From positions 56,916,001 to 56,980,000 of the forward strand of contig NC_083234.1 of assembly GCF_032191835.1 (NCBI RefSeq): a stretch of DNA of 64,000 nucleotides. The letters are read 5' to 3'. The notes under the pieces are model-generated. The model was not told the origin of the DNA, did not search any database, and saw nothing but the letters and a program-made list of their open reading frames with translations. Source of the DNA: Heteronotia binoei (taxonomy: Eukaryota). The first letter of the stretch is position 1; the number at the start of each line of letters is the position of its first letter. The position numbers and the translations under genes are program-made. This document shows, piece after piece, positions 62,748 to 64,000 of this stretch.

Positions 62748-63842
62748 ATGGCTTTGCAGTGCAAGATACAAACATTGCAAGTGGTGGACACTGAATATAG
62801 TGCAGATGCTGTGGAGTGGTGCCCTGTAGAAGGCTGGCACAACATCCTGGCATGTGGCACCTACCAGCTGAAGAAACCTGATAGCATGGTGAGTGTAACA
62901 GCCTCTGGAAGGCAACAATCTATGATGATTTTAAGACAGCACTGGATTCAAGTTAAGAGACTGTTTTTTAGGATTAGTGTTTTGGTGCTTTGGTTGTAAC
63001 TTTTTGAATATTGAGTTGGATTTATTCTGTATTTCGTTCTTTCCCCTTTATCTCCATCCAAAATCTGGGACATTAGGTTCAGAGTTAGATGTAAAATGAA
63101 GTAAGGTGTAGGCCTCATAGTACAAAGTCTGTAATTCACAACTTTGCCTGGACAAAAAATTAGTTGCCCTCAGGCAAAATGTTGTTCTCTCTGCTTCTGC
63201 ACTTCCACCTCCATCTCTGTAATAAATAGGGTGTAAATGGTGAGTAGAAGAACTGACCTACTTTGCCACAGGTATTGTAAGAACTATTGAGTTAATGCAT
63301 GAGAAGTATATTGAACAACCATACTGATACAAACAGTTTTGTTTGTTTTGCTGGATTGGTGCATTTTTTTGATGATTGGCAATACTTCACTTGAAAGTGA
63401 ACTGTTCTTTTGCTAAAGAATAAGCCAGCTGAATGATACTGGGGGCACATTGTAGCATTGTGAACCCTGGTTCTCTGTCTTTGATTCATTAAAAGGTAGA
63501 AGGTTCCTCTTGCAGCTCTTAACAAGTTTGAAGAGGATTGCAATGACCTGTCCCCCAACTGGGGATGTGACTGTGGTCTTTGTCCTCAAGGTTTGATTTA
63601 TCTGAGAATCTCTGATCTCCTGTATCTGTGAGGCAGTTTTCTGATTCAAAGATAGTAAGTTGATGGACAGGAAATGCTAAAAGCAAGTTTCTGTTCTACT
63701 TCTTTTTACAGAGCACTGATGAGAGCAATGAGCCCCATGTCCGGCTGGGCCGACTCTACCTGTATTACTTTGAAGAACAGATTTTTGCACCACTGACTGA
63801 GGTCCAGAGGCTAGAAACAGCTGCTGTGCTGGATATTAAATG
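62748..63842 (+). CDS. DPH7: Diphthine methyltransferase DPH7 (WDR85), first two coding exons; continues beyond the window
   Basis: 62748-62888 ([41 protein letters not shown]) and 63712-63842 ([11 protein letters not shown]...AVLDIKW), both GT-AG. Downstream of ZMYND19 on the same strand, as in mammals. Confidence 0.96.
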
Positions 63843-64000
63843 GTAGTCGTATAGGTCCATATGAGAGATTTTGATATCTCTTGCATATCATTAAGTTATT
63901 AGTATCTAATTATTATTTTGTTGGGACGAGGGTGGAAATATTCCACAGTGGACAGTTGGAATCCAATAGCATCTTTAAGACCAACAAAGTTTTATTGAGA

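Noticed and set aside
63843-64000. MRPL41 or ARRDC1, expected from human synteny
   Set aside because: No matching coding sequence was found anywhere in the window.

Overview
Vertebrate (squamate reptile, most likely gecko, inferred from the SINE and MITE families) genomic window with five intron-containing genes. In order: LRSAM1 (minus; first 16 coding exons, gene runs off the left edge), RPL12 (plus; complete, 165 aa, head-to-head with LRSAM1), STPG3 (minus; about 268 aa, tail-to-tail with RPL12), ZMYND19 (plus; complete, 227 aa) and DPH7 (plus; first two coding exons). RPL12 hosts two SNORA65 (U65) H/ACA snoRNA paralogues, in introns 3 and 4. Introns are dense with non-autonomous hAT-type MITEs (many with 8-bp target-site duplications, two nested), Squam2, Squam3 and 5S-derived SINEs, and CR1, L2 and L1 fragments. 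There is a 138-N assembly gap at 61773-61910. I found no wholly new biological system. The most notable unexplained features are the duplicated SNORA65 with apparently complementary guide pockets, a 132-bp inverted duplication of unique DNA around a truncated MITE, a MITE nested inversely in its own family, and a 99-nt near-perfect intronic hairpin. Gene and repeat identifications come from recalled homologue sequences and manual splice-phase checks; no database searches were run.
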